Shown in pieces: positions 36,763 through 46,511 of a DNA stretch of 64,000 bases. The stretch lies in NCBI GenBank assembly GCA_965207845.1, contig CBDBNU010000003.1, positions 314,492 to 378,491 of the forward strand. Direction: 5' to 3'. A program made the translations under genes and the position numbers. Under the pieces are notes generated by a model. That model was not told the DNA's origin. It worked only from the letters and a program-made list of their open reading frames with translations, and ran no database searches. The DNA comes from Dehalococcoidia bacterium. GTDB lineage: Bacteria > Chloroflexota > Dehalococcoidia > Lucifugimonadales > GCA-2712585. Position 1 is the first letter of the stretch; each line of letters starts with the position of its first letter.

Positions 36763-36846
36763 GGAGTCCTCCTTCTTTTTCCTAATGGTAGTGTCGCGTA
36801 TGTCTCGTTGGACACGGACTTGGTCGGATGGATCCGGCCGACCCGC

Positions 36847-37620
36847 CTACACCGCCATGACGTGATAGCCGGCGTCTACGGGGATGACTGCGCCGGTGAC
36901 GCCGCTGGAAAGATCGCTGCACAGGTACAGGGCCGTGTCGCCCACCTCCCTGTGGGTGATGTTTCGCTGGAGCGGGGCCCTCTCGGCGTGCATGCGGCGC
37001 ATGTCGCGGAAGCCGGTGATGCCGCGGCCCGCCAGGGTCTCCAGAGGGCCGGCGTAGATGGCGTTGACGCGAATGTTGCGCGGGCCGTACTCCGCGGCCA
37101 GCTGACGCACCTCGTTCTCCAGCGCTGCCTTGGCGATGCCCATGACGTTGTAACCGGGGTACACGCGCTCCGAGGCGTTGAAGGTCATGGTGACGACGCT
37201 GCCGCCGTCGGTCATCAGGCCCGCGGCGTGGCGCACCAGCGGAATCAACGAATAGGCGCTGATTTCGAGTGCGTCCTTAAATCCCTCGCGGCTCAGGCTG
37301 GAGAAGTCGCCGCCCAGATCGTCGCGGTGAGCAAAGGCTATGCTGTGGACGAGATAGTCGAGGCTGCCGAATTCCTCTGCCGCCTGCTGGAACGCCGATG
37401 CAATCTCCTCCTCAGAGGTGACGTCGCACTGGAGCAGCAGCGTGCCATCCATGTCCTTGACGAGACCCTCAGCCCGGCTGCGAAGGCGCTCGTTCTGGTA
37501 GACGACGCCCAGACGGACGCCGGCCCGGTGGAGCGACTGGCAAATGGCCCAGGCGATGCTGCGCTGGTTGGCCACGCCGAAAACCAGCGCCTTCTTGTCC
37601 GACAGGTCAATGGAAAACAA
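36847..37620 (-). CDS. fabI: enoyl-[acyl-carrier-protein] reductase (NADH), FabI
   Basis: GVANQRSIAW cofactor motif and catalytic Y..Y......K (YPGYNVMGIAKAALE). A probable TTG start at 37620 gives 257 aa. The track ORF extension to 37722 is unlikely. Confidence 0.85.
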   Translation of the reverse strand: MFSIDLSDKKALVFGVANQRSIAWAICQSLHRAGVRLGVVYQNERLRSRAEGLVKDMDGTLLLQCDVTSEEEIASAFQQAAEEFGSLDYLVHSIAFAHRDDLGGDFSSLSREGFKDALEISAYSLIPLVRHAAGLMTDGGSVVTMTFNASERVYPGYNVMGIAKAALENEVRQLAAEYGPRNIRVNAIYAGPLETLAGRGITGFRDMRRMHAERAPLQRNITHREVGDTALYLCSDLSSGVTGAVIPVDAGYHVMAV

Positions 37621-38570
37621 TTTCTTTTCCTTCGAGATGAGGTGATCGAAATGCGGTTGCCAGTATACCACCTGCAAGCATCTATCGTGGCAGCCGCCCG
37701 AACCGGTCTTCGTCCGACTCATCCTTCAACAGAGGCCCGGGAAGTACTTAGCGAGAGACGCCATTTCTAATTCTTGCTACGGTCTTGATGGTGAGAGTCA
37801 CTGGAGCCATCCATTTGCATTATGGGGGCTGGATGCATGGTCAGGGGGTTCAGCTACTTTGTGGTTCTGTTTAGCGGCTCCTGTAACCTATTGCATTGTG
37901 GTTTTGGCTTCTGGTGCAGTGCCAAAGAGCAGTTAGCATCAGAGTCTTTGCAGGATTTGTAGAGCGGCCTGGGCGAATGCCCATCCATTAGCTGTAAAGA
38001 ACATGGAGAGCATGTCGTAGTCTAGTCATTCAAAAGAGGACAATGCAATAGTCTTAGGTGTCATTCGGACTGGCCATTCTCAATAGTGAAGGTGAGTTGT
38101 CGGGTGGATATGAAGAAGGGAAATGGGTCCTTTGGGCACATCTAGCCACGCTGTGGCATACCGCTCAAATGCTTTGATATAGCTCTTATGTATCTTTGTC
38201 TTGGAAACGGTCGCTCTTGATTGAATTTACAAAGACTATCTTAGGCACTAGAATGGGCAGGAAATCAGTCGGAGAATATTTTGGGAGTGATTGGCCCTGC
38301 CAGCAACAGATCACAGAGTTAGTAGGGCGGGATACTATATTACACATGACATGTGTCGACTTCGTCAGTATTTTAATGCGGGCAACCGTTTTCCCCGATG
38401 TCCCAAGTGTGACTCAAGAGTACAATGGAATTGGGATGGCGTTTAAGAATGAATGAAGAAAATGAACACGATGTGTGAGGGAAGATTGACGCATCTGTAG
38501 AGGAGATTGCTCAACGGGTTTTGCACCAGTTAGAAGAAGGAATGGCGCCATCTATAAGGAGCGGATTCAG

Positions 38571-38762
38571 ATGAAGGTTAAAGTCGGGACACTGTATAGT
38601 GGAAATATCGAAGTTGGAGATAACGAATTAGACAAGCGTTATGCCAGCGACAAAGTAATGATTCGGGGCAATAAACTGTCCCTTGACTTGAATAGGCGTC
38701 AAGCATTGGAATTGGCTTTTGCCTTGTTAGAAATCATCAGAGTCCATATCGAAGATAGATAA
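38571..38762 (+). CDS. hypothetical 63-aa protein in a low-G+C island
   Basis: ORF only, with no recognisable motif. AGGAG-like sequence (ataaggagcgg) lies upstream. Confidence 0.3.
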   Translation: MKVKVGTLYSGNIEVGDNELDKRYASDKVMIRGNKLSLDLNRRQALELAFALLEIIRVHIEDR

Positions 38763-38953
38763 GACAACCAGGCATTTGGGAGTAACAGACAGTCTAGGTG
38801 ATTGGTCGGAAGGTCTGTCTCCGTCTCAGAATGGGCTCCTATAAACCAACTCTAGCCTAATCGTAGGGAAGAGAGGGCACAACGGCATTTGTGCGACTGT
38901 GGGTTCGTTGTGCCCCTAACTCTATGAATTCCGACGTACCCCTAGTCCCTCTG

Positions 38954-39127
38954 CTAGCCGATGAGATTCGTCGCGAGGATTACGATGGAGATTCCAACAC
39001 CCACGACGGCGATGGTCCAACGCATCGCCCGTACTTCACCGCGCACCTCGGCCACATCCGCTTTCGTCGCCAAGGAATCCAGCTTACCTTCAATGTAGCT
39101 GATACGCTGTTCAGGCGTTATCGCCAT
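38954..39127 (-). CDS. 57-aa coiled-coil protein with C-terminal TM helix (XhlA/holin-associated-like architecture)
   Basis: The ATG at 39127 follows GGGAG. Translation: MAITPEQRISYIEGKLDSLATKADVAEVRGEVRAMRWTIAVVGVGISIVILATNLIG. Same architecture as the product of 31415-31636. Below the track threshold. Confidence 0.35.
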   Translation of the reverse strand: MAITPEQRISYIEGKLDSLATKADVAEVRGEVRAMRWTIAVVGVGISIVILATNLIG

Positions 39128-39210
39128 GGGCTAATCTCCCTTCTTTGTTTGTCGTTCATTCATAATACAGGGGAATGAAGCAAAGCACAAGCGTTTTCCC
39201 TAAATCTACC

Positions 39211-40182
39211 TTACCTCAACTGCGGCAGCACTTCATCCAGGAAGGTCTGGAACTGCTCCAAGGGGCTGAAGGAGGCGAAGCGGACGATAACCGTTGTCGC
39301 CCCTGCCGCCTCGTAGGCACGGATGGACTCGGCGAGCTTGTCCGGCGGCCCCCACGGTCCCCAAAGCTCCCGCCAGATGTTTACGCCGTAGTAGAGTCGG
39401 ACCCACCGATCGGCCTCCCTTTCTGCTTCTGCAGGGTCTGAGTTCAGGTTCACAGTCATGTAGAAGACGCGCTCCATCTGGGCGGCGTCGCGGCCGTATT
39501 CTTCGGCGTATGCGGCCACGCGGCGACCGACTTCGGCGAACTCCGATGGCGGCTCTGAGATGGATATGAACCCGTCGCCCAGCCGCGCTGCCCTTTTGAA
39601 CTGGGCGACCCGCTTGGCCCGCAGATGGCAGGCGAAAAGGACGGGCACACCGCCATCCTGCACAGATACGGGACGCATCTGCAAGTCCTCCAGCTGGAAG
39701 TGACGGCCTTGATGCGACTCCAGATGCCCCGTGCCGAGGGCCTTCACCACCTGCATCACCTCCTCCAGCCGACGCCCCCGACGTCGGGGGTCCACGCCGG
39801 CGATGCGCCACTCCCGCTGCTGGGCTTCGTTGAAGGCCCCGCCCGCGCCCACGGCCAAAACCGTGCGACCGCCGGAGAGCAGGTCGAGGGTGCCCACCAT
39901 CTGGGCGAGCAGCACCGGATGCCGGAGGGCACCCAGCAGCACGGCGGTGCCCAGGCGCACTCGCTCCGTTTGGGTGGCGATGGCGGCCAGGGTGGTCAGC
40001 GGCTCCAAGCGCGGCTTGGCGGTGAGGCTATCGCCGACCCACACGGAGTCGAGCCCCGCCGCTTCCGCCCGCCGTGCCATCTCCAGCATCAGGTTGGCGT
40101 TTTCCTGTTGCTCCTCCCGCATCACCAGCCCCCGCGTTGGCAGCAATACTCCCAGTTTCAGCGACGATTCAGTCATGTCCAA
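39211..40182 (-). CDS. LLM-class (luciferase-like) F420-dependent oxidoreductase
   Basis: Luciferase-like pattern (LDSVWVGDSL...LAVGAGG). Directly downstream of cofC. Confidence 0.85.
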   Translation of the reverse strand: MDMTESSLKLGVLLPTRGLVMREEQQENANLMLEMARRAEAAGLDSVWVGDSLTAKPRLEPLTTLAAIATQTERVRLGTAVLLGALRHPVLLAQMVGTLDLLSGGRTVLAVGAGGAFNEAQQREWRIAGVDPRRRGRRLEEVMQVVKALGTGHLESHQGRHFQLEDLQMRPVSVQDGGVPVLFACHLRAKRVAQFKRAARLGDGFISISEPPSEFAEVGRRVAAYAEEYGRDAAQMERVFYMTVNLNSDPAEAEREADRWVRLYYGVNIWRELWGPWGPPDKLAESIRAYEAAGATTVIVRFASFSPLEQFQTFLDEVLPQLR

Positions 40183-40215
40183 ACTCCCCGTCTCATGTTG
40201 CAGCCGTGCACCACG

Positions 40216-40872
40216 TCACTCCGACTCGCGGGTCAGGCGGGCCAGAAAGCCCGGCTCCTGCGCCTCATATTCCTGCAAATCTTTCCAGGTGTCCAGGTCG
40301 CGGGCCAGACCGGGACTGTCGAAGATCGACGGTTCCAGTCCCAGCCGACGCGCCTCCGCGATGTGTCGGGAGAGGCTGTCGGGCCCCAGCTGCAGCCGGA
40401 AGGAGATCCGTCGAGGGATGAGGATGGCGTTGGTGCCGCCACCCTTTCGTGCCGGGGCCAGGACGATCTTCGAATCGTCACGCGGTTCGAGAACCGCCTC
40501 TACAAGGGGGGAAGGAGCGATTATTGAAGTTAGTCCAGTCAACTCTCCAGCTTGGAGGAAAGTCAGGTCGCCCGGCAGAAACAGGGGCGCGGTTCCTATG
40601 CTCCATGCTTCATCGAACACCAACTGCAGGCTTTCGTTGATGTTGCCCCCCGCCTCCCGTCGCCAGCCCGCGCCTGCTTCTTGCGCGATTTCATGGGCCG
40701 AATCGTCGGCGCCCAGCACCCACACCTCTGTGCCCGCTTCCTGCGCGGCGACAATCACCCGCCTCAGCATCGCCGTCACCAACCGCCGGCGTTGAGCGTC
40801 CTCCAGGTAGGGGGCAAGGCGGGACTTGGCCTGACCCAGGGGCTTTACCGGTATGACCGACACCACCTGCAA
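40216..40872 (-). CDS. cofC: 2-phospho-L-lactate guanylyltransferase CofC/FbiD
   Basis: The N-terminus VIPVKPLGQAKSRLAP is characteristic of CofC. F420 operon context. Confidence 0.8.
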   Translation of the reverse strand: MQVVSVIPVKPLGQAKSRLAPYLEDAQRRRLVTAMLRRVIVAAQEAGTEVWVLGADDSAHEIAQEAGAGWRREAGGNINESLQLVFDEAWSIGTAPLFLPGDLTFLQAGELTGLTSIIAPSPLVEAVLEPRDDSKIVLAPARKGGGTNAILIPRRISFRLQLGPDSLSRHIAEARRLGLEPSIFDSPGLARDLDTWKDLQEYEAQEPGFLARLTRESE

Positions 40873-40880
40873 GACGGCTG

Positions 40881-41834
40881 CTAATCCCCCTCCGCATCAA
40901 CGATTTCCAGGACGTACCGGGCGAGGGTTGCTTTATCCGCTAACGTGTGCATTATGGTGTTGGCAACGTGGGCTTTCATGCCGAGGGACTCTACCTTCTG
41001 TGCTTCGTCGGCGTCGGCGTTGTCGATGACGAAGTGGTCGCAGAGTCCGGCGTATTTTCGGGCGACGCCCACGCTTGAGACGGGATGGCCGAGCTCCCGC
41101 ATCATCTTGGCCGCCGGGCCCCGTATGGCCGCGCCGCCGACGATGGGACTGACGACTATGCGAGGGCGGTTGAAGCGTCGAATGCGCTCGCGAACTTCTC
41201 CAACGGCCAGAATCGGGTCGATGCTGAGGAAGGGGTTGGAGGGGCAGAAAACGATGGCGCGGGCGTTGTTCAGGGCTTCGTCGAAGGTGGGGGAGGGGAT
41301 GGAAGCGTCCGCGCCTTCGAAGCGGACCGCCTTCGCCTCCGGCTCACATCGCCTCCGGACGAAGTAGTCCTGGAAGGCCAGAACCCCCTCGGACGTTTCC
41401 ACCTTCGTCCGAACTCGGTCGTCTGTCATAGGCGATACCGTGTAAGAGATGCCGACACGGCCGCAAAGCTCACGCGTAGCCTCGGACAGCGACCGGCCCT
41501 CACGGAGAAGCTGGGTGCGTCGGATGTGCGTCGCCAGATCACGGTCGCCCAGGTTGAACCAGGTGGGCACGCCGTAGCCGGAGAGCATCTTCAGCGCTTG
41601 AAAAGTCTCGCCGGAAAGTCCCCAGCCCCGCCCCGGGTCGGCCAGGCCACTCAGGGTGTACATCACCGTGTCCAGGTCCGGCGAAACGTGGAGGCCGTGA
41701 AACTCTTCGTCGTCGCCCGTGTTGACAACGATGACAAGGTCTTGCGGCGGCAGAGAATGGGTGAGGCCCAGGGCCAGCTTTGCGCCGCCCACGCCTCCCG
41801 CCAAGGCCAGCACCGGCCCCGGTTTCGCCCCCAT
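40881..41834 (-). CDS. cofD: 2-phospho-L-lactate transferase CofD/FbiA
   Basis: [15 protein letters not shown]-terminal motif with family-typical length. Confidence 0.9.
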   Translation of the reverse strand: MGAKPGPVLALAGGVGGAKLALGLTHSLPPQDLVIVVNTGDDEEFHGLHVSPDLDTVMYTLSGLADPGRGWGLSGETFQALKMLSGYGVPTWFNLGDRDLATHIRRTQLLREGRSLSEATRELCGRVGISYTVSPMTDDRVRTKVETSEGVLAFQDYFVRRRCEPEAKAVRFEGADASIPSPTFDEALNNARAIVFCPSNPFLSIDPILAVGEVRERIRRFNRPRIVVSPIVGGAAIRGPAAKMMRELGHPVSSVGVARKYAGLCDHFVIDNADADEAQKVESLGMKAHVANTIMHTLADKATLARYVLEIVDAEGD

Positions 41835-41840
41835 GTGACG

Positions 41841-43172
41841 CTACAGCGCGGTGGGGGACGTGGCTTTGTCCCGGCGCTTGGGATGGATGAAGCGGAAGCC
41901 TTCCATCTGCACCATGCGCTGGTAGGAGCCGAACCGCTCCTCCAGATCGCCCTGCAGCAGGTCCAGCGGGTCCTGGGGGTCGTCGTCATCGTCGAAGATG
42001 CGCTTGATTTTGTAGGTGGTGAATCGTTCGGCGGGCACGCGGCCCACGTCTCGTATGGTGCTTCGAAACTCGGAGGGACGCACAAGCTGGCCGTGCTGGG
42101 CTCCCGCCGCCGTGGAGATGCTCTCGTTGATGAGGCTGCCGCCGAGGTCGTTGACTCCCGCGAGCAGCAGGAGCTGGGACACTCGCAGCCCCTCCTTGAC
42201 CCACGACGCCTGGATGTTGGGGATCCAGTTGTTCAGCATGATGCGGGCGATGGCGTGGACCTTCACGACTTCCGAACCCGTCGCGCCGCTTCGAAGGCCG
42301 TCCACCGTCTGCTGGAAGTGCATGGGCGCTTCCGCGTGAACGAAGCTGAGGGGCACGAACTCCGTGATGCCGCCGCTGGATTTCTGAACGTCGCGGATGA
42401 GGGCGATGTGCCGCGCCTTATGCTCGTTGGTCTCCACGTGGCCGAACATGATGGTGGAGGTGGTGGGTATGCCCAGAGAGTGAGCGGTGGTTATGACTTC
42501 AATCCAGCTATCAGTGGTGATTCTGCCGGGGGCGATGCGGTCGCGAAGCTCCTGTTCCAGGATCTCCGCCGAAGTGCCGGGTAGACTGCCCACGCCCGCG
42601 TCCTTCAACGCCTGCAGGTACTCCCGGATGCTACACCGGGAGCGAATGGAGCCGTACAGCACCTCCTCCGGGGAGAAGCCGTGGATGTGGATGTCGGGAA
42701 GCTCTTCCTTGATGGCCTCGCAGATGCGAACGTAGAGGTCGCCCTCCATCTGGGGTGGCAGGCCCGCCTGGATGCATACTTCCGTCGCGCCCAGGTCCCA
42801 CGCCTCTTTGGCCCGACGGATAACCTCGTTGACGGGCAGGAAATAGCCCTCCTCCTGCCGGTGGTCGCGGCTGAAGGCGCAGAAGCCGCACCGTTTTATG
42901 CAGACGTTGGTGAAGTTGATGTTGCGGTTGATCACGTATGTGACCAGGTCGCCGACGGTGCGCCGTCGGAGTTCGTCCGCAACCATCTGTGTGGCGTTGA
43001 ACTCCAGGCCGGAGGTCTCGAAGAGGGTCACCGCCTGCTCGACGGTGATGTCCTTGCCCTCCAGGGCGTCGGTCAGTGCGTGGGCCACGCTGGCATCGAC
43101 GGCGCCCACCAGGGATTCCAGTGAACGAGGGGATGGGGCCTCAGCTTGACGAAGTGACATATTTCTCGACAC
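41841..43172 (-). CDS. cofH: FO synthase subunit CofH (radical SAM)
   Basis: Radical-SAM cluster motif CIKRCGFCAF in the CofH-type context NFTNVC. Confidence 0.9.
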   Translation of the reverse strand: MSRNMSLRQAEAPSPRSLESLVGAVDASVAHALTDALEGKDITVEQAVTLFETSGLEFNATQMVADELRRRTVGDLVTYVINRNINFTNVCIKRCGFCAFSRDHRQEEGYFLPVNEVIRRAKEAWDLGATEVCIQAGLPPQMEGDLYVRICEAIKEELPDIHIHGFSPEEVLYGSIRSRCSIREYLQALKDAGVGSLPGTSAEILEQELRDRIAPGRITTDSWIEVITTAHSLGIPTTSTIMFGHVETNEHKARHIALIRDVQKSSGGITEFVPLSFVHAEAPMHFQQTVDGLRSGATGSEVVKVHAIARIMLNNWIPNIQASWVKEGLRVSQLLLLAGVNDLGGSLINESISTAAGAQHGQLVRPSEFRSTIRDVGRVPAERFTTYKIKRIFDDDDDPQDPLDLLQGDLEERFGSYQRMVQMEGFRFIHPKRRDKATSPTAL

Positions 43173-44433
43173 CCCCCTTAACGTAACCGTCGTGGTCGGC
43201 CATCTGCAGGAGTCGCTCCCGCATGGGCGGAGACGTGAAGTCGTCGCGCTCCATGAAGAAATCCGGGTAGATGGGCAGACGCGGTCTTAATTGAAATCCC
43301 AGCGCTTCAGTGCGCTTGCGAAGCCGACCAATCTGCGGCCACGGCGCTTCCGGGTTGACGTAGTCGATGGTCAGGGGCGAAACGCCGCCCCAGTCGTTGA
43401 TGCCCGCCGTCAGAAACAGCGGGTAGTCGTGCTGGTTCAGGTTCGGCGGCACCTGCAGGTTGACCGACGGCCCCAGAATCAGCCGCGCCGCCGCAACCGT
43501 CCATAGCAGGTTCTCTCTGGCGGCGTCGGGGTGGTCGCCCATTGCCGTGTCGGCCTTGGCGCGGAAGTTTTGAACGATCACTTCCTGCACGTGGCCGTAC
43601 CGGCGGTGCGAGTCCCGGATGGCCAGCAGCGACTCGATGCGCTCCTGTCGGGTCTCGCCGATGCCGATCAGGATTCCGGTAGTGAAGGGGACTCTCAACT
43701 GGCCCGCCAGGTCGAGGGTCTTCAGCCGCACCGAGGGGCGCTTGCTTGGCGCGAGATGGTGGGGTCCGCCTTCGAAGCAGAGTCGTTCGCTGACAATCTC
43801 CAGCATCACCCCCATGGAGGCGTTGACCGGCCGCAGGGCCGCCAACTCCCGGCGGCTCATGACGCCCGGGTTGGCGTGGGGCAGCATGGACGTATGCGCC
43901 AGCACCTCGGCGGAAACGTGGGTCAGGTACTCCAGGGTGGTCCGGAAGCCGGCGGTGTTGAGCCATACCACAGCCTCGGGATAACGCTGCTCCGGGTGCT
44001 CCCCCAGGGTGAAGAGAGCCTCCGTACAGCCGAGCCGCTGTCCGGCCCGGGCCACTTCCAGCGCCTCCTCCGTGGTCATGTAGAGCGTTTCCGCCTCCGA
44101 CGGCGATTGGCGGAAGGTGCAGTAGCCGCAGAAGTCGCGGCACAGCCGGGTCAGGGGGATGAACACCTTGGGCGAGAACGTCACCACCCGTCCCTTGCCC
44201 CTATCGCGAAGGACGGACGCAGCCCGGCACAAGCCCTGCAGGTCTTCGGGCGGCGTGTTGGAAAGGGCAATCGCTTCGTCCGTAGAAAGCTCTCGCTCCT
44301 CCTCCATCACGTGATGAAGGATTGGCTTGAGCCAGTCGCTCACGCCGTCCAGGTAGTCGTCGGAAAACTCCGGGGCTGGCGGACGTGGAAAGACTTGCGT
44401 TATCGAAGGGGAGGGAATCTGAGTCTGAACCAT
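43141..44433 (-). CDS. cofG: FO synthase subunit CofG (radical SAM)
   Basis: Radical-SAM motif CRDFCGYCTF. Start uncertain (ATG 44433 or TTG 44505). Confidence 0.9.
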   Translation of the reverse strand: MVQTQIPSPSITQVFPRPPAPEFSDDYLDGVSDWLKPILHHVMEEERELSTDEAIALSNTPPEDLQGLCRAASVLRDRGKGRVVTFSPKVFIPLTRLCRDFCGYCTFRQSPSEAETLYMTTEEALEVARAGQRLGCTEALFTLGEHPEQRYPEAVVWLNTAGFRTTLEYLTHVSAEVLAHTSMLPHANPGVMSRRELAALRPVNASMGVMLEIVSERLCFEGGPHHLAPSKRPSVRLKTLDLAGQLRVPFTTGILIGIGETRQERIESLLAIRDSHRRYGHVQEVIVQNFRAKADTAMGDHPDAARENLLWTVAAARLILGPSVNLQVPPNLNQHDYPLFLTAGINDWGGVSPLTIDYVNPEAPWPQIGRLRKRTEALGFQLRPRLPIYPDFFMERDDFTSPPMRERLLQMADHDGYVKGGVEKYVTSSS

Positions 44434-44514
44434 GCGGCTATTGTAGACGCTGGCCGAAAACGAGGCAACGGCGGCGAGGGAGGTGTTTAGACGAGGTGAA
44501 ATCAAGTATGCGGG

Positions 44515-44880
44515 CTACGTGGGCACGTTGAGCAACCGCTCCAACTTGCCTACCAGCTGTTCTACCTGCTGAAGGAGATCTCCAATGTAATCAGAAGAAT
44601 ACTTAATTTCATAGAAGTTAACGTGAAGGGAAGAGGCAGCACTAAACTGGACTGACAGTTCCGGGTCGCCGGTTTCAAGGCGCAAGTCCCTAACTACCTC
44701 GTACATGTCGCGATGTCTGGAGTCGCTCCAGCCTCGTTCCAGAGCGACGGCCTTCAGCATCTGAGCCGCTGCGCCCCACCCTTTCTCTGAGGCTTGCGGC
44801 AGGTCGCCCTTGGCTAGCTCCTCATACGCTTGGGCCAGGAATATCCGGCTCTGCTCTCTGTGGGTGGTAGTTTTCTGCAT
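44515..44880 (-). CDS. PaREP1/HEPN-like small helical protein
   Basis: 121 aa and a close paralog of 44920-45291 ([33 protein letters not shown]...KAVA..RGW). Visibly lower G+C. Confidence 0.6.
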   Translation of the reverse strand: MQKTTTHREQSRIFLAQAYEELAKGDLPQASEKGWGAAAQMLKAVALERGWSDSRHRDMYEVVRDLRLETGDPELSVQFSAASSLHVNFYEIKYSSDYIGDLLQQVEQLVGKLERLLNVPT

Positions 44881-44919
44881 GTTGAAACTCTACTGTGGGT
44901 AGAATAATGGGCGATTCGC

Positions 44920-45291
44920 TTAAGCCTGGGTTGCCCCGTTAAGCAGCGCTTCCATCTTTTCTACGAAGCGTTCCACCTGCCGGACGTGGTTTCCAACGAT
45001 GTTCGCCTCAGACCGATTCTCGTAGAAGTTGATATGCAAATCACCGGCGATGCCGAATAGGGATGCCAGCTCCGAATCCCCAGTCTCGTCGAATAGCGTG
45101 CCGATAATTCCGTGCAAGTGTCGATGCCCCCTGTGTTCCCAACCTCTCTGTTGGGCGACGGCTTTAACCATTAGCGCAGCCGCTCCCCAACCTTTCTCCG
45201 AGGCTTGGCCCAAGTCGCCCTTGGCAAGCTCGTCATAGGCTTGAGAAAGGTAGATTCGGCTTTGCTCCCCATAAGTTGTCGTCTTCTGCAT
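44920..45291 (-). CDS. PaREP1/HEPN-like small helical protein (tandem paralog)
   Basis: 123 aa. Tandem duplicate of 44515-44880. Confidence 0.6.
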   Translation of the reverse strand: MQKTTTYGEQSRIYLSQAYDELAKGDLGQASEKGWGAAALMVKAVAQQRGWEHRGHRHLHGIIGTLFDETGDSELASLFGIAGDLHINFYENRSEANIVGNHVRQVERFVEKMEALLNGATQA

Positions 45292-45414
45292 GTCCCATTT
45301 CCTTTCAAGGACAACAAGTCATGGCTTTGCCTACGAATCTCTGGCCTCGTTGTCAATTGTCCGACGAAGTATACCATCTTTTGTTCGCTTGCCACAAAGC
45401 CGGGGCAGCTTTCG

Positions 45415-45444
45415 TTGACGCCCCTAGCTTCCCCTGCCTATTAT
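45415..45444 (+). promoter_or_regulatory. candidate sigma-70 promoter giving a leaderless or near-leaderless ruvB mRNA
   Basis: TTGACG (45415-45420), an 18-nt spacer, then TATTAT (45439-45444). The ruvB ATG at 45453 lies 8 nt after the -10 box and has no SD sequence. Confidence 0.5.
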
Positions 45445-45452
45445 GGTTGCAT

Positions 45453-46511
45453 ATGCAGAAGCAGCCCCCCAACCGCAGCAGCTCCAACCCCAGGCTGGTC
45501 TCCGGCAAGTCCCGTGAGGAAGACGCCGGGACGGACACCTCTCTCCGCCCCCGCCTGCTCAACGAATTCGTCGGCCAGGAAAGGGTGAAGGACAACCTTA
45601 TCATCGCCATCCGCGCCGCCCTCATGCGGGAGGAGCCGTTGGACCACGTACTGCTCTACGGCCCGCCGGGGCTGGGCAAGACCACCCTGGGACACATCAT
45701 CGCCCAAGAGATGAACGTGAACATTCGCGTCACCTCCGGCCCCGCCATCGAGCGGGCCGGCGATATGGCCGCGATCCTGACCAGCCTGGGCAAGGGCGAC
45801 GTTCTCTTTATTGACGAGATTCACCGCCTGAGCCGCGTGGTGGAGGAGGTGCTCTATCCCGCTATGGAGGACTTCTTCCTGTCATGGATGATGGGCAAGG
45901 GGCTGGCGGCCCGGGCCATGAATCTGCGGGTCAACCCCTTCACCCTCATCGGCGCAACCACCCGCTATGCCATGATCAGCCCGCCCCTGCGAGACCGGTT
46001 CGGCTCCATCTTCCGTCTGGACTTCTACGACAATAAGGCGATGGGGCAGATAGTCGAACGCTCCGCGGACATCCTGGACGTTTCGGTGGACAAGAAGGGG
46101 GTTGGGGAGATTGCCAGCCGCTCCCGTGGCACACCGAGGGTGGCCAACCGGCTGCTGAAGCGCACCCGCGATTACGCCCAGGTGATGGCCGACGGCCGGA
46201 TTACCGGCAAGGTGTGTCTGCAGGCGTTGGATAAGCTGGAGATAGACAGCCTTGGTCTGGACGACGTGGACCACCGGCTGCTGCGGGGGCTGGTAGAGAA
46301 ATTCTCCGGCGGGCCCGTGGGCCTTCATACGTTAGCCGCCTCCATCAGCGAAGAGGCCGACACCATAATGGATATCTACGAGCCGTACCTGTTGCAGCTG
46401 GGCTTTCTGGAACGCACTCCCCGGGGCCGGACCGCGACTCCCCGCGCTTACGCTCACCTTGGCGTCGAGTACGCACCCGGCGGCCTGAGCGCCCAGCAGC
46501 GGCTGATCTAG
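45453..46511 (+). CDS. ruvB: Holliday junction branch migration ATPase RuvB
   Basis: [13 protein letters not shown], Walker [10 protein letters not shown], Walker B DEIHRL, and a winged-helix C-terminus. The track ORF extension to 45276 is not RuvB-like. Confidence 0.95.
   Translation: MQKQPPNRSSSNPRLVSGKSREEDAGTDTSLRPRLLNEFVGQERVKDNLIIAIRAALMREEPLDHVLLYGPPGLGKTTLGHIIAQEMNVNIRVTSGPAIERAGDMAAILTSLGKGDVLFIDEIHRLSRVVEEVLYPAMEDFFLSWMMGKGLAARAMNLRVNPFTLIGATTRYAMISPPLRDRFGSIFRLDFYDNKAMGQIVERSADILDVSVDKKGVGEIASRSRGTPRVANRLLKRTRDYAQVMADGRITGKVCLQALDKLEIDSLGLDDVDHRLLRGLVEKFSGGPVGLHTLAASISEEADTIMDIYEPYLLQLGFLERTPRGRTATPRAYAHLGVEYAPGGLSAQQRLI

Noticed and set aside
38291-38440. Alternative-frame mini-ORF with a C...CPKC pattern (possible zinc-ribbon peptide) in the low-G+C island.
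   Set aside because: It is only about 31-50 codons with no SD sequence and an ambiguous start. It overlaps another equally weak ORF, so the evidence is insufficient.
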